A stretch of 64,000 nt of DNA from positions 25,481 through 89,480 of the forward strand of contig CAYJCZ010000001.1 in the NCBI GenBank assembly GCA_964368835.1, written 5' to 3'. How positions within the stretch are numbered: the stretch's first letter is position 1; each line of letters opens with the position of its first letter. The notes under the pieces were generated by a model. The model saw nothing but the letters and a program-made list of their open reading frames with translations, was not told the origin of the DNA and did not search any database. The translations under genes and the position numbers were made by a program. This document shows positions 1-10,200 of the stretch, piece by piece. This stretch comes from an uncultured Candidatus Saccharibacteria bacterium (lineage in GTDB: Bacteria > Patescibacteriota > Minisyncoccia > Phycocordibacterales > UBA6065).

Positions 1-957
1 AATCTTCTTTACTACGAGTGGATAGATAAGATGATTTTCAAATTGTTGAATCACAAGATAAAGGCCAGCTACAACAAATCCAGCGGAAGTGCCCGTATCA
101 GAATATGCGGTCGCTATGGCTGGAATCGCAGCAATGATAGGTCCGAAAAGTGGAATCATTTCAAGGAATGCAGCAAACACGGCAAACAAGAGCGCATTGC
201 GTACACCGAGAAGTGTAAGTCCAAGATACACCAACACACCGACGAGCAAGGCAAGAATCAGTTGTCCTTGCATCCAGAGCGCAATCTTTATCTGCGTTCT
301 CTTCCAGAGGTCGATTACATAAGCTTCCTGCTTTCTTGGAACAACAGTTCGCAAAAATTGTTGAACACCGTCTTCTTGCACTGCGAGATAAAACGAAAGA
401 ACGATAATGAGTACAAAGGATAGAATTCCACCGAAGATCGAGCTTGCGGAATGAACAAAGCCCGCTGATACTGCATTGATTGCTTCGTTAATACTTTCTA
501 CAGCCCCTTGAATTGAAAAATCCTCAGGACGACTCGTCGAAACCAACTGACGTGACTCTTCTATTCCCTCAGCTAGACTCACTGCCACCTGCTTTGATTG
601 TTCGGTAGTTTCATTATCAAGAGGGTTCCAAAGTGATGAAGATGTAAGATAGTCCGGAACAGAATTCAAAAACTCTGACGTGTCTTGGAGAAGTTTAGGA
701 ATGAGTGTATAAAATCCACCAACAAGAATACTGCCTATAAGCCCGTACGTTATGAGTGCTGCAATAATACGAGGTGCCGAAATATCCATAAACCATTTAA
801 TCATCGGTTCAAGCGCAGACGCTATAACAACCGCTGTGAGGACGACCAAAATCACATCCTTTAGCGTGAAAAGTACAAGCGTACACACAATCAAAAGAAT
901 CGCCTTGATTATAGTCGTAATGCTTATCTCGATATGTCTGTCTCCGAAGGTATTCAT
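1..957 (-). CDS. AI-2E family transporter (PerM/UPF0118-like), 3' end truncated by window edge
   Basis: Translating the minus strand from the ATG at 957-955 gives MNTFGDRHIEISITTIIKAILLIVCTLVLFTLKDVILVVLTAVVIASALEP... This is a continuous multi-TM protein running off position 1 with no stop. The listed plus-strand ORFs 31-423, 89-322 and 752-979 are its antisense shadows. Confidence 0.55.
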   Translation of the reverse strand, partial: MNTFGDRHIEISITTIIKAILLIVCTLVLFTLKDVILVVLTAVVIASALEPMIKWFMDISAPRIIAALITYGLIGSILVGGFYTLIPKLLQDTSEFLNSVPDYLTSSSLWNPLDNETTEQSKQVAVSLAEGIEESRQLVSTSRPEDFSIQGAVESINEAINAVSAGFVHSASSIFGGILSFVLIIVLSFYLAVQEDGVQQFLRTVVPRKQEAYVIDLWKRTQIKIALWMQGQLILALLVGVLVYLGLTLLGVRNALLFAVFAAFLEMIPLFGPIIAAIPAIATAYSDTGTSAGFVVAGLYLVIQQFENHLIYPLVVKKI

Positions 958-999
958 GCGTCAATCATACTACGCATAAATATAATGGAACAGGTTAGT

Positions 1000-2268
1000 C
1001 TACCCGAGGACTTTCTTTAGTGCTTCCCTGTCGAGACCCTTACCAATGACCGCCACTGTGAGTTTTTGAGGATCAAAAATCACCTGTGCGACACGTAAAA
1101 TGTCAGCGGCAGTAATCTTTGCATACATAGTCTCAAACTCTTCTGGCGTATGGATATTTTCCCTAACAATTTCTTGATCAATAAGATAATCAGCAACATC
1201 ATCAGAAGTTTCGAGTCCCATCATAAGGTGGGCGCGACGATATTCTTTTATTTTATCCAACTCGGTTTGAGGAACGGGCTCTGTTTTAAGTCGTGCTATT
1301 TCCTTTAGGATTGCATCTATGATCTCGGCAACTCGCTCATGGGCAGTACCCGTAGAAATACTGAAGCGTCCATACGTATGATGAAGTGCATTATGTGCTC
1401 CCACGTAATATCCAGCACCAAGCTCATCACGAAGCTTTGTAAAAAGACGTGAGCTCATACCACCTCTCAAGATATGACGAATCATGCTCGCAACATAGCG
1501 ATCAGGATGATTTATATCAAAAGTTCGCCACGCCATGATGAGATGTGACTGATCCGTGTCTTTATCTATTACCACAAGTTCAGGACTCTCTTGTACTCGA
1601 TCCTTTGTTGTAAATACCGGACGAGACGGCGCATCAACAACCTCCCCAAAAGTAGCTTCTGCCCATGCAAGCATTTCTTTTTCAGGTACTCCACCTGCAA
1701 TTGCTACTACTGTGTTTTTCGCAGTGTACTGGAGTTTTCGATACGATATAAGCGCATCCCGGGTGATATCGTCTACGGTCTTTTTTGTACCAAGCACATC
1801 TCGCTCAGCCGGCTCGCCTGCATACATGTGTTTTGTAAGCGCCTCTCCAATTTTCTCTTGAGGGTCATCTGCGTACATATCTATTTCACCTTTTACTACT
1901 CCCTTTTCTTTTTCGATCTCTTTGACGGGAAAGGTTGAGTTTTTAAATACATCTGAAACAACATCAGCGATTTTTGCAAAATGTTTTGCGTCTGCCTTTG
2001 CCCAATACCCAGTAACACCTGTTCCTGTGAATGCGTTATACGATGCACCAATTGAATCAAGCTCAGTTGAAATCATGTGAGCTGTCGGACGTTTTGTTGT
2101 TCCCTTAAAACACATGTGTTCAAGGAAGTGAGATATGCCAGCTTGCTGCGGTTCTTCATAGTGCCCACCTGTAGCGACGTTAATCATCACCGTTACTGTT
2201 GGATTACCCTGCATTGGAGCGGTAATTACACGAACACCGTTAGATAGAGTTGTTTTCGTAAATTTCAT
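1000..2268 (-). CDS. M16 family zinc peptidase (insulinase/pitrilysin-like)
   Basis: HxxEH inverted zinc-binding motif (HFLEHMCFKGT). The length fits the M16 family. Start chosen at MKFTKTTLSNGVRV; the ORF track extends to 2301. Confidence 0.8.
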   Translation of the reverse strand: MKFTKTTLSNGVRVITAPMQGNPTVTVMINVATGGHYEEPQQAGISHFLEHMCFKGTTKRPTAHMISTELDSIGASYNAFTGTGVTGYWAKADAKHFAKIADVVSDVFKNSTFPVKEIEKEKGVVKGEIDMYADDPQEKIGEALTKHMYAGEPAERDVLGTKKTVDDITRDALISYRKLQYTAKNTVVAIAGGVPEKEMLAWAEATFGEVVDAPSRPVFTTKDRVQESPELVVIDKDTDQSHLIMAWRTFDINHPDRYVASMIRHILRGGMSSRLFTKLRDELGAGYYVGAHNALHHTYGRFSISTGTAHERVAEIIDAILKEIARLKTEPVPQTELDKIKEYRRAHLMMGLETSDDVADYLIDQEIVRENIHTPEEFETMYAKITAADILRVAQVIFDPQKLTVAVIGKGLDREALKKVLG

Positions 2269-2392
2269 AACGCTGAGTATAGCATTTTGGCCATGCAACA
2301 CATGTATTTGCTTTAATTTAGTTTATATTGTATAGTAATTTTAGCCAGCACAGTCAAACAATCATGGTTGGTACCGCCCCGGTACCCATCAC

Positions 2393-2632
2393 ATGAAACC
2401 CCTGCACACACACCACCACAACGTTCCCGACTTATTCGGTCAGATTGGAAAGTTTCTATATCTGGCCTTCCTCATCGTCATATTCAGCGGCATCATCTCG
2501 TTCGGAGCATCTATCCTCATTTTTGAGCAGATACCTGACGAAACGATTGCCCGCAAGTTCCTCATCCTGTGGGCAATCATCGCCTCTGTGATCGTCGGCC
2601 TTATGGTACGACACTCACGCAGTACAAAGTGA
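2393..2632 (+). CDS. small His-rich membrane protein (2 TM), hypothetical
   Basis: 79 aa with two hydrophobic helices, followed immediately by a bidirectional terminator at 2637-2672. Confidence 0.45.
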   Translation: MKPLHTHHHNVPDLFGQIGKFLYLAFLIVIFSGIISFGASILIFEQIPDETIARKFLILWAIIASVIVGLMVRHSRSTK

Positions 2633-2636
2633 TGAA

Positions 2637-2672
2637 AAGCCCCGGTCGCTTACGCGACCGGGGCTTTTTTCT
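2637..2672. terminator. bidirectional rho-independent terminator
   Basis: The hairpin GCCCCGGTCGC-TTAC-GCGACCGGGGC is flanked by A-run and T-run. It serves the 2393-2632 gene (+) and glyQS (-). Confidence 0.7.
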
Positions 2673-2673
2673 T

Positions 2674-4005
2674 TTACATTCCCAACTTCTGAGATAGATA
2701 CGAAGCAAGATCTTTTGACATAATCTTCTCCTGCTCTCCTGAGTCACGATCTCGTACAGTTACTGGATGTCCGTCCTTTTCAACAGTATCAAAATCAATT
2801 GTGACGCAAAATGGTGTACCGATTTCATCCTGGCGGCGGTACCTCTTACCTATCGAACCGGTATCATCATATTCCACGGCACCAAATTCCTTTCGGAGAA
2901 TTTTGTGAATCTCCTGCGCCTTTGCGATGAGCTGCTCTTTATTTTTAAGAAGAGGAAATACAGCAACTTTAATAGGTGCAACTGCAGGAGAAAGCTTGAG
3001 GTATACCCTCTTTTCACCCGCGAGCTCGTCTTCTTTGTATGCTGCTGCGAGAACGGCAAGAACAGTTCGATCAACACCAAACGAAGGCTCAATCACATGT
3101 GGTACGAAACGAGCCTTTGCATCTTCATCAAAATATGAAAGATCCACATTTGATGCAGCTGCATGCGCCTTAAGGTCAAAATCTGTACGGTACGCAAGAC
3201 CATAGAGCTCCTTCTTTCCAAACGGATAATCAAACTCAAAATCAATTGTCCTCTTTGAGTAGTGTGCTAGATCCCCCGTAGCAATCTCAAGCTCGTGGAC
3301 ATTTTTCTTTGGCAAACCGATGTCTTCAGTAAAGGCATGAACCTCTTTTACAAAATGATCAAAAGATTTTTTCCAATCCTTTGGATCAACAAAATACTCA
3401 ATCTCCATCTGCTCAAACTCTCGAGTACGGAATATAAAGTCGCGAGGTGCAATTTCATTTCGAAACGCCTTACCTATCTGCGCCATACCAAACGGGAGTT
3501 TTGGATGGAATGTATCAATGATGTTCTTAAAGTTTACAAACATACCTTGTGCGGTTTCCGGTCGCAAATATGAAACAGCGGAATCATCCTCCATCGCACC
3601 AACGTTAGTCTTAAACATCATATTAAACTGCTTCTCTGCCCCAAGCTTACCGCCACATTCTGGGCATTTACTTTTATCTTCGAGATGATCAGCACGAAAA
3701 CGCCTCTTACATTTTTCGCATTCAACGAGAGGATCCGCAAAGCCGCCAACATGACCAGATGCCTTCCAGACATTCTGATTCATAAGGATCGCGGCATCCA
3801 TGCCATACATATCATCACGCTCAGTCACAAATCTCTTCCACCAGAGATTTTTTATATTGTTTTTAAGAGATACACCGTGTGGAGCATAGTCCCATGTACC
3901 AGCAAGTCCTCCATATATCTCAGATCCTTGAAATATAAAACCACGTCTCTTGCAAAGAGATATAAGATTTTCCATCACTGCGTTTTTTTCTTCTTTTTTT
4001 GCCAT
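2674..4005 (-). CDS. glyQS: glycine--tRNA ligase (class II, alpha2 GlyQS type)
   Basis: N-terminus ...NLISLCKRRGFIFQGSEIYGGLAGTWDYAPHGV..., Cys-cluster insertion and class II motifs; 443 aa. Confidence 0.9.
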   Translation of the reverse strand: MAKKEEKNAVMENLISLCKRRGFIFQGSEIYGGLAGTWDYAPHGVSLKNNIKNLWWKRFVTERDDMYGMDAAILMNQNVWKASGHVGGFADPLVECEKCKRRFRADHLEDKSKCPECGGKLGAEKQFNMMFKTNVGAMEDDSAVSYLRPETAQGMFVNFKNIIDTFHPKLPFGMAQIGKAFRNEIAPRDFIFRTREFEQMEIEYFVDPKDWKKSFDHFVKEVHAFTEDIGLPKKNVHELEIATGDLAHYSKRTIDFEFDYPFGKKELYGLAYRTDFDLKAHAAASNVDLSYFDEDAKARFVPHVIEPSFGVDRTVLAVLAAAYKEDELAGEKRVYLKLSPAVAPIKVAVFPLLKNKEQLIAKAQEIHKILRKEFGAVEYDDTGSIGKRYRRQDEIGTPFCVTIDFDTVEKDGHPVTVRDRDSGEQEKIMSKDLASYLSQKLGM

Positions 4006-4010
4006 GACTG

Positions 4011-5924
4011 TTAGTTCTGAACAATTTCGTCACCTGATTTGTAAAGCGGATCTGACGAAGTCCTTGTGCTCAGTGCGGGTGCACTGTTTTCTATTACAAC
4101 TCCTGTAAATGAGTCTGTCCCCGTAATTCGCGCGTTAGTTATAAGCTGCGGAACTGAACCTACCTGGTTTAAGCTTGGGCGAAGCGAAACCTGGAAAGAT
4201 ACCTGCTTGCCCCCGCCCGTGTCTGTGTTTCGAGGTATGCTGCCCACATTCCAAACAAGAGTGCCACCAGTATCATTGTAGGTTATTTGAGCATCAGAAG
4301 GGCTTACGGTGCCTGTCCACGAGACATATGGTGGAAGTGAGGCGGTAACCTTCGCACCGGTGATATTATTCGAAGTATTGGTAACTGTCCATATGATCGT
4401 ATATGTCGTAACCTGCTCTGCACGTGGAGGAATCGGACCAGAATTCGAGAGCGGACCCTGGCTTCTAACCGCACGATTAGAGAGAGTGAGGTTTGAAAGG
4501 AGCTTCACCGAACGTGTAACCGCCGATGTAATCTCCTGAGGAACGCCCGTAGTATCGACTCGACTTCCCTTTGCTGACACCGTCACACTCATCTGAGGAT
4601 TAAGAACTGACTGCCCTGGTGACGCATTCGTTGAAGAGAAGCTAAAGTTTACGCGACCATTCTCTCCTGGAGCAATATTGTCGAGACCAAATGTTCTTCC
4701 CGCCTCCCATACGATTGTATCGGTAAGAGAATCATAAAATCCTCCATCAACAATTACAGAACTTTTATTTAGAACATTTCCAGAAAGTTTTGCTTCGATT
4801 CGAGCACCCGTAATTTTATCTGCACTGTTGTTTGTCCAAATAATTTCTGCCCTCACTGCTCGTCCTGGATTTGCTGAAATATCTCCCCTATTACCATCAA
4901 GAGTTACATCAAGACCAAGAAACGGCTTTTCGATTGTAAACGAATGATCTCGAGACACTATGTTTGTCGCAATCTCACGTTCATTGGTCGCGCTTTGGAT
5001 ACCAACATTTGCCCGCAATATGCGCTCTTCATCATTTTGACCCTCAGTTGTCGCCTGAAGTTTAATCGTTCGTGAAGTTCCAGGAGCAAGGTCTCCAATC
5101 TTCCACACGCTATTTCCGTATGAAGGTTGAGGATTTGAAGAAATAACTTTAAAGCCAAACGGATAATCGAGGCTTACAAGTACGTCACGAACAGGTATCG
5201 TCGTATTTGAGGCTACAGTAACTGTGAAATCGGACGATTGACCACCAAGCACCTTTTCCAAGCCCGCAATAGAAACCGTTACCGGTGATGATGAGATCGA
5301 AACACTGTATTCCTTTTCTTTATAGAACGTAGCATTGGAATTTTCTGTCTGGTATTCAACTCTGAACTTAACATTTCTCATCGCACCTTCTTCACCAAAC
5401 ATAATTGAAGAAATTTCCTTTTGAGCTACTGATTGAGATTTGATGCTACCTAAAGGAATCTTAAGGCGAGATAGATCGATTGATGCATTTCCGCTATCTT
5501 TTGTACCGTCGGGATATTCAACTATAAGATCAACATTCTCTATGTTGGTTGCATTACGGTTTACGACAGAAACATTGAGGGTAAGCGGCTCTCCCCCGGA
5601 TATTGATGTTGGACCTTCAATAAGGACGTTCACATTATCTGCTGAAACAAAGTTTCTTCCGCCGAAAAGTGTATAGCCACCAATTATTGCGGCCACGATA
5701 AAGAACAGGAACGCGCTTATGAAGAGATATGTGTAGGTTTTGCGTGTATTTTTCATATGTGCAGTATCATCGAGGTCTGGTGTTTTCTCTTCTTGCCACG
5801 TCTGAGAAACTTCGGTCCGGCCTTCGTGGATGTTATGACGCACATCTGTTGGAGTCTCTTCAATTCTTGAATAAAGACTCTTACTTACTCTGTCTAAAGG
5901 ACTCTTTTTGTCTGATTCGAACAT
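4011..5924 (-). CDS. membrane-anchored surface protein with repeated beta-rich (DUF11/CARDB-like) extracellular domains
   Basis: A roughly 70-aa cytoplasmic N-terminus and a single TM helix (YTYLFISAFLFFIVAAIIGGYTLF) are followed by about 550 aa rich in S/T/N/G. The recurring ...VTVSAS/NTSN... segments suggest repeats. Confidence 0.5.
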   Translation of the reverse strand: MFESDKKSPLDRVSKSLYSRIEETPTDVRHNIHEGRTEVSQTWQEEKTPDLDDTAHMKNTRKTYTYLFISAFLFFIVAAIIGGYTLFGGRNFVSADNVNVLIEGPTSISGGEPLTLNVSVVNRNATNIENVDLIVEYPDGTKDSGNASIDLSRLKIPLGSIKSQSVAQKEISSIMFGEEGAMRNVKFRVEYQTENSNATFYKEKEYSVSISSSPVTVSIAGLEKVLGGQSSDFTVTVASNTTIPVRDVLVSLDYPFGFKVISSNPQPSYGNSVWKIGDLAPGTSRTIKLQATTEGQNDEERILRANVGIQSATNEREIATNIVSRDHSFTIEKPFLGLDVTLDGNRGDISANPGRAVRAEIIWTNNSADKITGARIEAKLSGNVLNKSSVIVDGGFYDSLTDTIVWEAGRTFGLDNIAPGENGRVNFSFSSTNASPGQSVLNPQMSVTVSAKGSRVDTTGVPQEITSAVTRSVKLLSNLTLSNRAVRSQGPLSNSGPIPPRAEQVTTYTIIWTVTNTSNNITGAKVTASLPPYVSWTGTVSPSDAQITYNDTGGTLVWNVGSIPRNTDTGGGKQVSFQVSLRPSLNQVGSVPQLITNARITGTDSFTGVVIENSAPALSTRTSSDPLYKSGDEIVQN

Positions 5925-5947
5925 TTTCGCATTATACCACGAAGCGC

Positions 5948-6514
5948 CTAGAGCTGTGTCTCCTTGAGGGCCTTATTTATCTCTGTAATTACTTCCTTTT
6001 TCTTGCTTTGAATGAGAGCGATAGTGTCTAAAGACACCTCGAGCACATCTTCCCCGCCCAAAAATTTCTTGGCATCGAGATATCCAAGAGAAGAAAGAAC
6101 ATGAATGAGAATAAGAGATTCAAATGCTATCTGCTCTTCCTTTGATTGAGTTAGTAAATCTTCTTTAAACAAAGACAGAAGCGTTGAAAATAATCTTTCA
6201 TTCCTTTCTTCACCTTGAACAAGCCTGCGCACAAGCGACAATACTCGAGCTCGAATAAGCGCATTGCCCGCAGGAGATTTCTTATCATGCGCTCCGGTGA
6301 GTCGCCACACCTCCCTGCCCTTAACCAATGAAAACGTAGCAAGTGAATATTCATCAAGCGCATACCTGAGCTTGGAGACAATGAGTCTCACACCCTGTGC
6401 CTTGGCACGTATAAGACCAAAATCTCGTGTATAGATCCAATACATCTTGGACGCCTCACCTGTTGGTGTGCTGCCTAAAATAAAACCTTCAGTCGTGTAA
6501 ACCGCGTATGACAT
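5948..6514 (-). CDS. recO: DNA repair protein RecO
   Basis: MSYAVYTTEGFILGSTPTGEASKMYWIYTRDFGLIRAKAQG... matches the RecO N-terminal OB-fold signature. Start chosen at the internal Met; the ORF track extends to 6694. Confidence 0.7.
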   Translation of the reverse strand: MSYAVYTTEGFILGSTPTGEASKMYWIYTRDFGLIRAKAQGVRLIVSKLRYALDEYSLATFSLVKGREVWRLTGAHDKKSPAGNALIRARVLSLVRRLVQGEERNERLFSTLLSLFKEDLLTQSKEEQIAFESLILIHVLSSLGYLDAKKFLGGEDVLEVSLDTIALIQSKKKEVITEINKALKETQL

Positions 6515-6632
6515 GCGTAGATTGTAGCAAAGAAGCGCCTTGCCTTTCAGGTATATATGAGGTAAAAACAAGTACGAAACCTCCCTCAACCTCAAGCCCT
6601 TTGTGAAAGGAATCATGTTTGTAAAAGGAATT

Positions 6633-7232
6633 ATGTCCAATACAACTGTAGACACGATTATTTTCGTCATTGTTGGAGCCTCAGGATCAGGCAAAACAAC
6701 GCTTTACAAGGCGCTCATGGAGCTTAAACCCTCTTTTAAGCGCTGTATCACAGAAACAACCCGTCTGCCTCGGAAAAATGAGATCCCGGGAAAAGATTAC
6801 TATTTCAGATATCCACCTTCTTTCGCACAAAGAAAGCTAGGTGGCTTCTATGTAGAAACCGCCAAAGTTCACGGCGAAGGCTGGTACGGAACTCCCAAAA
6901 AAGAATTCGACCAGCTCGTACGAGAAGGCGGCTGTATCATTCTGAGCGTTGACGTCGTTGGATTCATATCTGTCCGCGACTATGTAAGCGTACAGTTTCC
7001 TGGCGTTCAAGTGGCTGGCATATTCATCGATGTACCAGCTCCGTGGGAACAGACCCTGCGAGACCGAATGAAGGCTCGTGGTGACATGTCCCAATCAGAA
7101 ATCGACCGGCGAATCGAGACCGCACGGTTCGAACGAGATCACGCCAGTGCGTGTAACAAGCAAATTGTGAATGATGATTTCACGGTTGCGCTCGAAGAAC
7201 TCCTTCGCTTTGTCGATCACCGGACAAAGTAG
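6633..7232 (+). CDS. gmk: guanylate kinase
   Basis: P-loop GASGSGKTT and TTRLPRKNEIPGKDYYF, the Gmk TTR..PR..E..G.DY.F motif. Alternative starts are at 6603 (GTG) and 6615. Confidence 0.85.
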   Translation: MSNTTVDTIIFVIVGASGSGKTTLYKALMELKPSFKRCITETTRLPRKNEIPGKDYYFRYPPSFAQRKLGGFYVETAKVHGEGWYGTPKKEFDQLVREGGCIILSVDVVGFISVRDYVSVQFPGVQVAGIFIDVPAPWEQTLRDRMKARGDMSQSEIDRRIETARFERDHASACNKQIVNDDFTVALEELLRFVDHRTK

Positions 7233-7262
7233 TCCCTCATCCCGCATATCTGTGCGGGATTT
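7233..7262 (+). terminator. rho-independent terminator after gmk
   Basis: Hairpin ATCCCGCA-TATCTG-TGCGGGAT followed by TTTTATTTG. Confidence 0.7.
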
Positions 7263-10200
7263 TTATTTGCGAAGCGCTATTTTATAGATGTATTCTTCGA
7301 TAGCGAGTGTTGCAACATGAGAGAGATTTTCGTGCTCAATACCGGTAACCAATGTCACTCGTTTTATTTCTGAAGCAAATTTTGCCACAAGCTCCTTTCC
7401 TTTTTCATCTGAATCCACGAGAAGTACAACCTTATCCCCTACCGTGAGTTTTTCTGTCTTACGAAGTTCCTGTACTGATCGGATGAGGTCACGAATCACT
7501 CCTTCTTTTCGAAGTTCATCGGTAACTGTGATATCAAGTGCCGTATCAGTTTCCAAAGCGTTCACAACGGTCACCGATTTCACATTTACTTCATCTTGAA
7601 TAAGATCAATAAATTCCTGGCCCAAAGATTTTGATTTCACCTTAAGTGAAGAAAGTGGCTGGCGGACTTTTATATTCGCTTTTGCACGTTCCTGCAAGGC
7701 TATCGTCACAAGCTTTCGTGTTTCTGTCATATCGTCTATAACCTTTTCATCGAACTTCGAAACTGTTGGCCAAGTGGTCAAGTGCACGCTTTCTGGATCG
7801 TTGGTTGCCTTTACCTTTGAAAAGAGATGCTCGGCATAAAAAGGTGTATACGGAGCCATTATTTTCGAGAATTCTCTGAGGATATATCGTGTTGTTTCAA
7901 GCGCTGCATTTCTATCCGCAAGATCATCTGACTTAAATCGATCGCGTGAACGTCGCAAATACCATGTTGATAGATCATCAACAAATGCGAGGAGCGGTCG
8001 TGCACCCTTATCTATTTGATACTTCTCCAAACCAGTCGTCACCTCAGAGAGCGTCTCCAAAAATCGCGCGTGTATCCAAAGATCAAGAACATTCTTTGAA
8101 GTAAATGAGAGTGTTTCCTGTGTATTGCCCGTCGCATACATCTCATAGAATGAAAGCACGTTATCGAGTCTTTGTAGGAATTTCTTTGAGACCTCGTCCA
8201 CACCCTTTTCAGAGAATCGAACATCCTCTGCTTTTACCGCAGGAGATGATGCCAAGAAATATCGCAATGAGTCCGCACCATACTTTTCCACTGTAGGCAT
8301 AAGCGGCGGGTAATTATTCTTTGATTTAGACATTTTCTGACCGTCCTCTGCCAAGACAAGTCCGTTTACAACAACATTTTTGTACGGAGACTTACCAAAG
8401 AGTCCAACACCTAACACTATAAGCGAGTAGAACCAGCCTCGAGTTTGATCGAGTCCTTCAGCGATAAAATCAGCAGGATATCCAACGGTCCTATTGAAGA
8501 GTCCTCCCATAGGATTAAAATGCGGTCGAGCTTTGCCAACATAAAACGATTCCGCAAAAGGCATAGATCCTGACTCAAACCAACAATCAAATACTTCTGG
8601 TACTCGTTCGAGCTCTTCACCATCAGGTGCAACATAATCAATCTCATCTATAAATGGTCGATGGAGATCAAGGTTGTAATCTTCGTTGTGTGGCAGTGGC
8701 ACAAAATCCAAAGAATGCATTTCACCAGGTTCCTTAAAATATCGTCTTTCATCGTGGAGAACCTTGTCTGAGCTTGGTGTATCAGCAACACTGTGACTGA
8801 GCGTGTTAAGAATTGCTCCGTGGCTCACAATAAGGATTTTCTTGCCAGAGTGTCGTTCGTCTATATCAAAGAGTGCGCTGAAAGAGCGCTTTTTAAGCTC
8901 GTCAGGTGTCTCCATACCAGGATAAAGGCCATGTGTTCGAACGTATTTATCCGTCTCGGTCCACAACTTACCTTCCCTCTCTGAGCCAACCTTAAATTCA
9001 CGCAAACGAACATCGTATACAATTTCATTTTCAGGTATACCTAATTCTCGAGCATATATTTTCGCTGTTTCTTTTGTTCTCAAAAAGTCTGATGCGACAA
9101 TCACATCAATTCCAGATTTTGCGAGCCTCTTTGCTTGTGCAAGAACCTGCACCCTACCCTTTTCTGTAAGATTATATTTTGCAGTAACATCTGAGTTTGA
9201 AATTCCGAGAGCATTAGCTTCTGATTCACCATGTCGAGCAAGAGTATATTTATTTCCAGATCGCTTTACTAACTTTGAAAGACCTTCGATCGTACCAACG
9301 GTGTATGTCTTACCTGATTTCAAACCGCGCCAAACTGGTATTGGTGCACCCCAGAAACGAGAGCGTGATATCGCCCAATCTCGAGCACCCTCAAGCCAAT
9401 TACCAAAGCGACCATCCCTGATATCTTCAGGTGTCCATCCGATTTTCTTGTTTGCTTTTACTAGATTACTTTTAAAATTTGTAACCTTAACGAACCATGA
9501 CGATGTCGCATAGTTTAGAAGCGGAGTATCACATCTCCAGCAATGTGGATACGAGTGGATGATTTTCTTTTTTTCTAAAAGCAGTCCGTTGTGAGCAAGC
9601 CATTTTATGACCTCGATGTCTGTCTTTTGATGACCATCCTTCTCTACCGCCTTTGGTTTTGCATCTAATCCTGCAAAATCACTAACTTCAGGCTTTATTT
9701 TGCCATCCATCCCGACGTGCTGAATAAATGGAAGCTTTTCTCGCTCACCGAGTTTCATGTCATCCTCTCCGAATGCAGGGGCGATATGCACGATTCCTGA
9801 TCCGTCTGTCGTTGTTACAAAATCTGCCGCATATACCTTGAATGCATTGGTGATATTTTTTGTAGCGTTGGTGTTGTAGTACGGGAAAAGTGGCTTGTAC
9901 TTTTTTCCAACGAGCTCGCGACCAAGCACCGTCTTTATGATTTTATGTTCTGCTCCAAAAACAGATTCTGCTAGCGCTTTTGCAACCACATAAGTGGTTT
10001 CTGCTATTTTGCTTGTGACAAATACGTATTCAATATCAGGATGAACAGCGAGTGCAACATTTCCAGGGAGTGTCCATGGTGTTGTTGTCCAAGCGACGAA
10101 ATATGTCTTTGGCGTATCTATAAGCTCAAACTGTATGAATACAGAAATATCTGTTATGTCTTTATATCCCTGATTTACCTCAAAGTTTGAAAGCGTTGTC

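Noticed and set aside
31-979. Plus-strand ORFs 31-423, 89-322 and 752-979
   Set aside because: They lie antisense to a long uninterrupted minus-strand reading frame (AI-2E transporter-like) that runs off the window edge. Their compositions are low-complexity.
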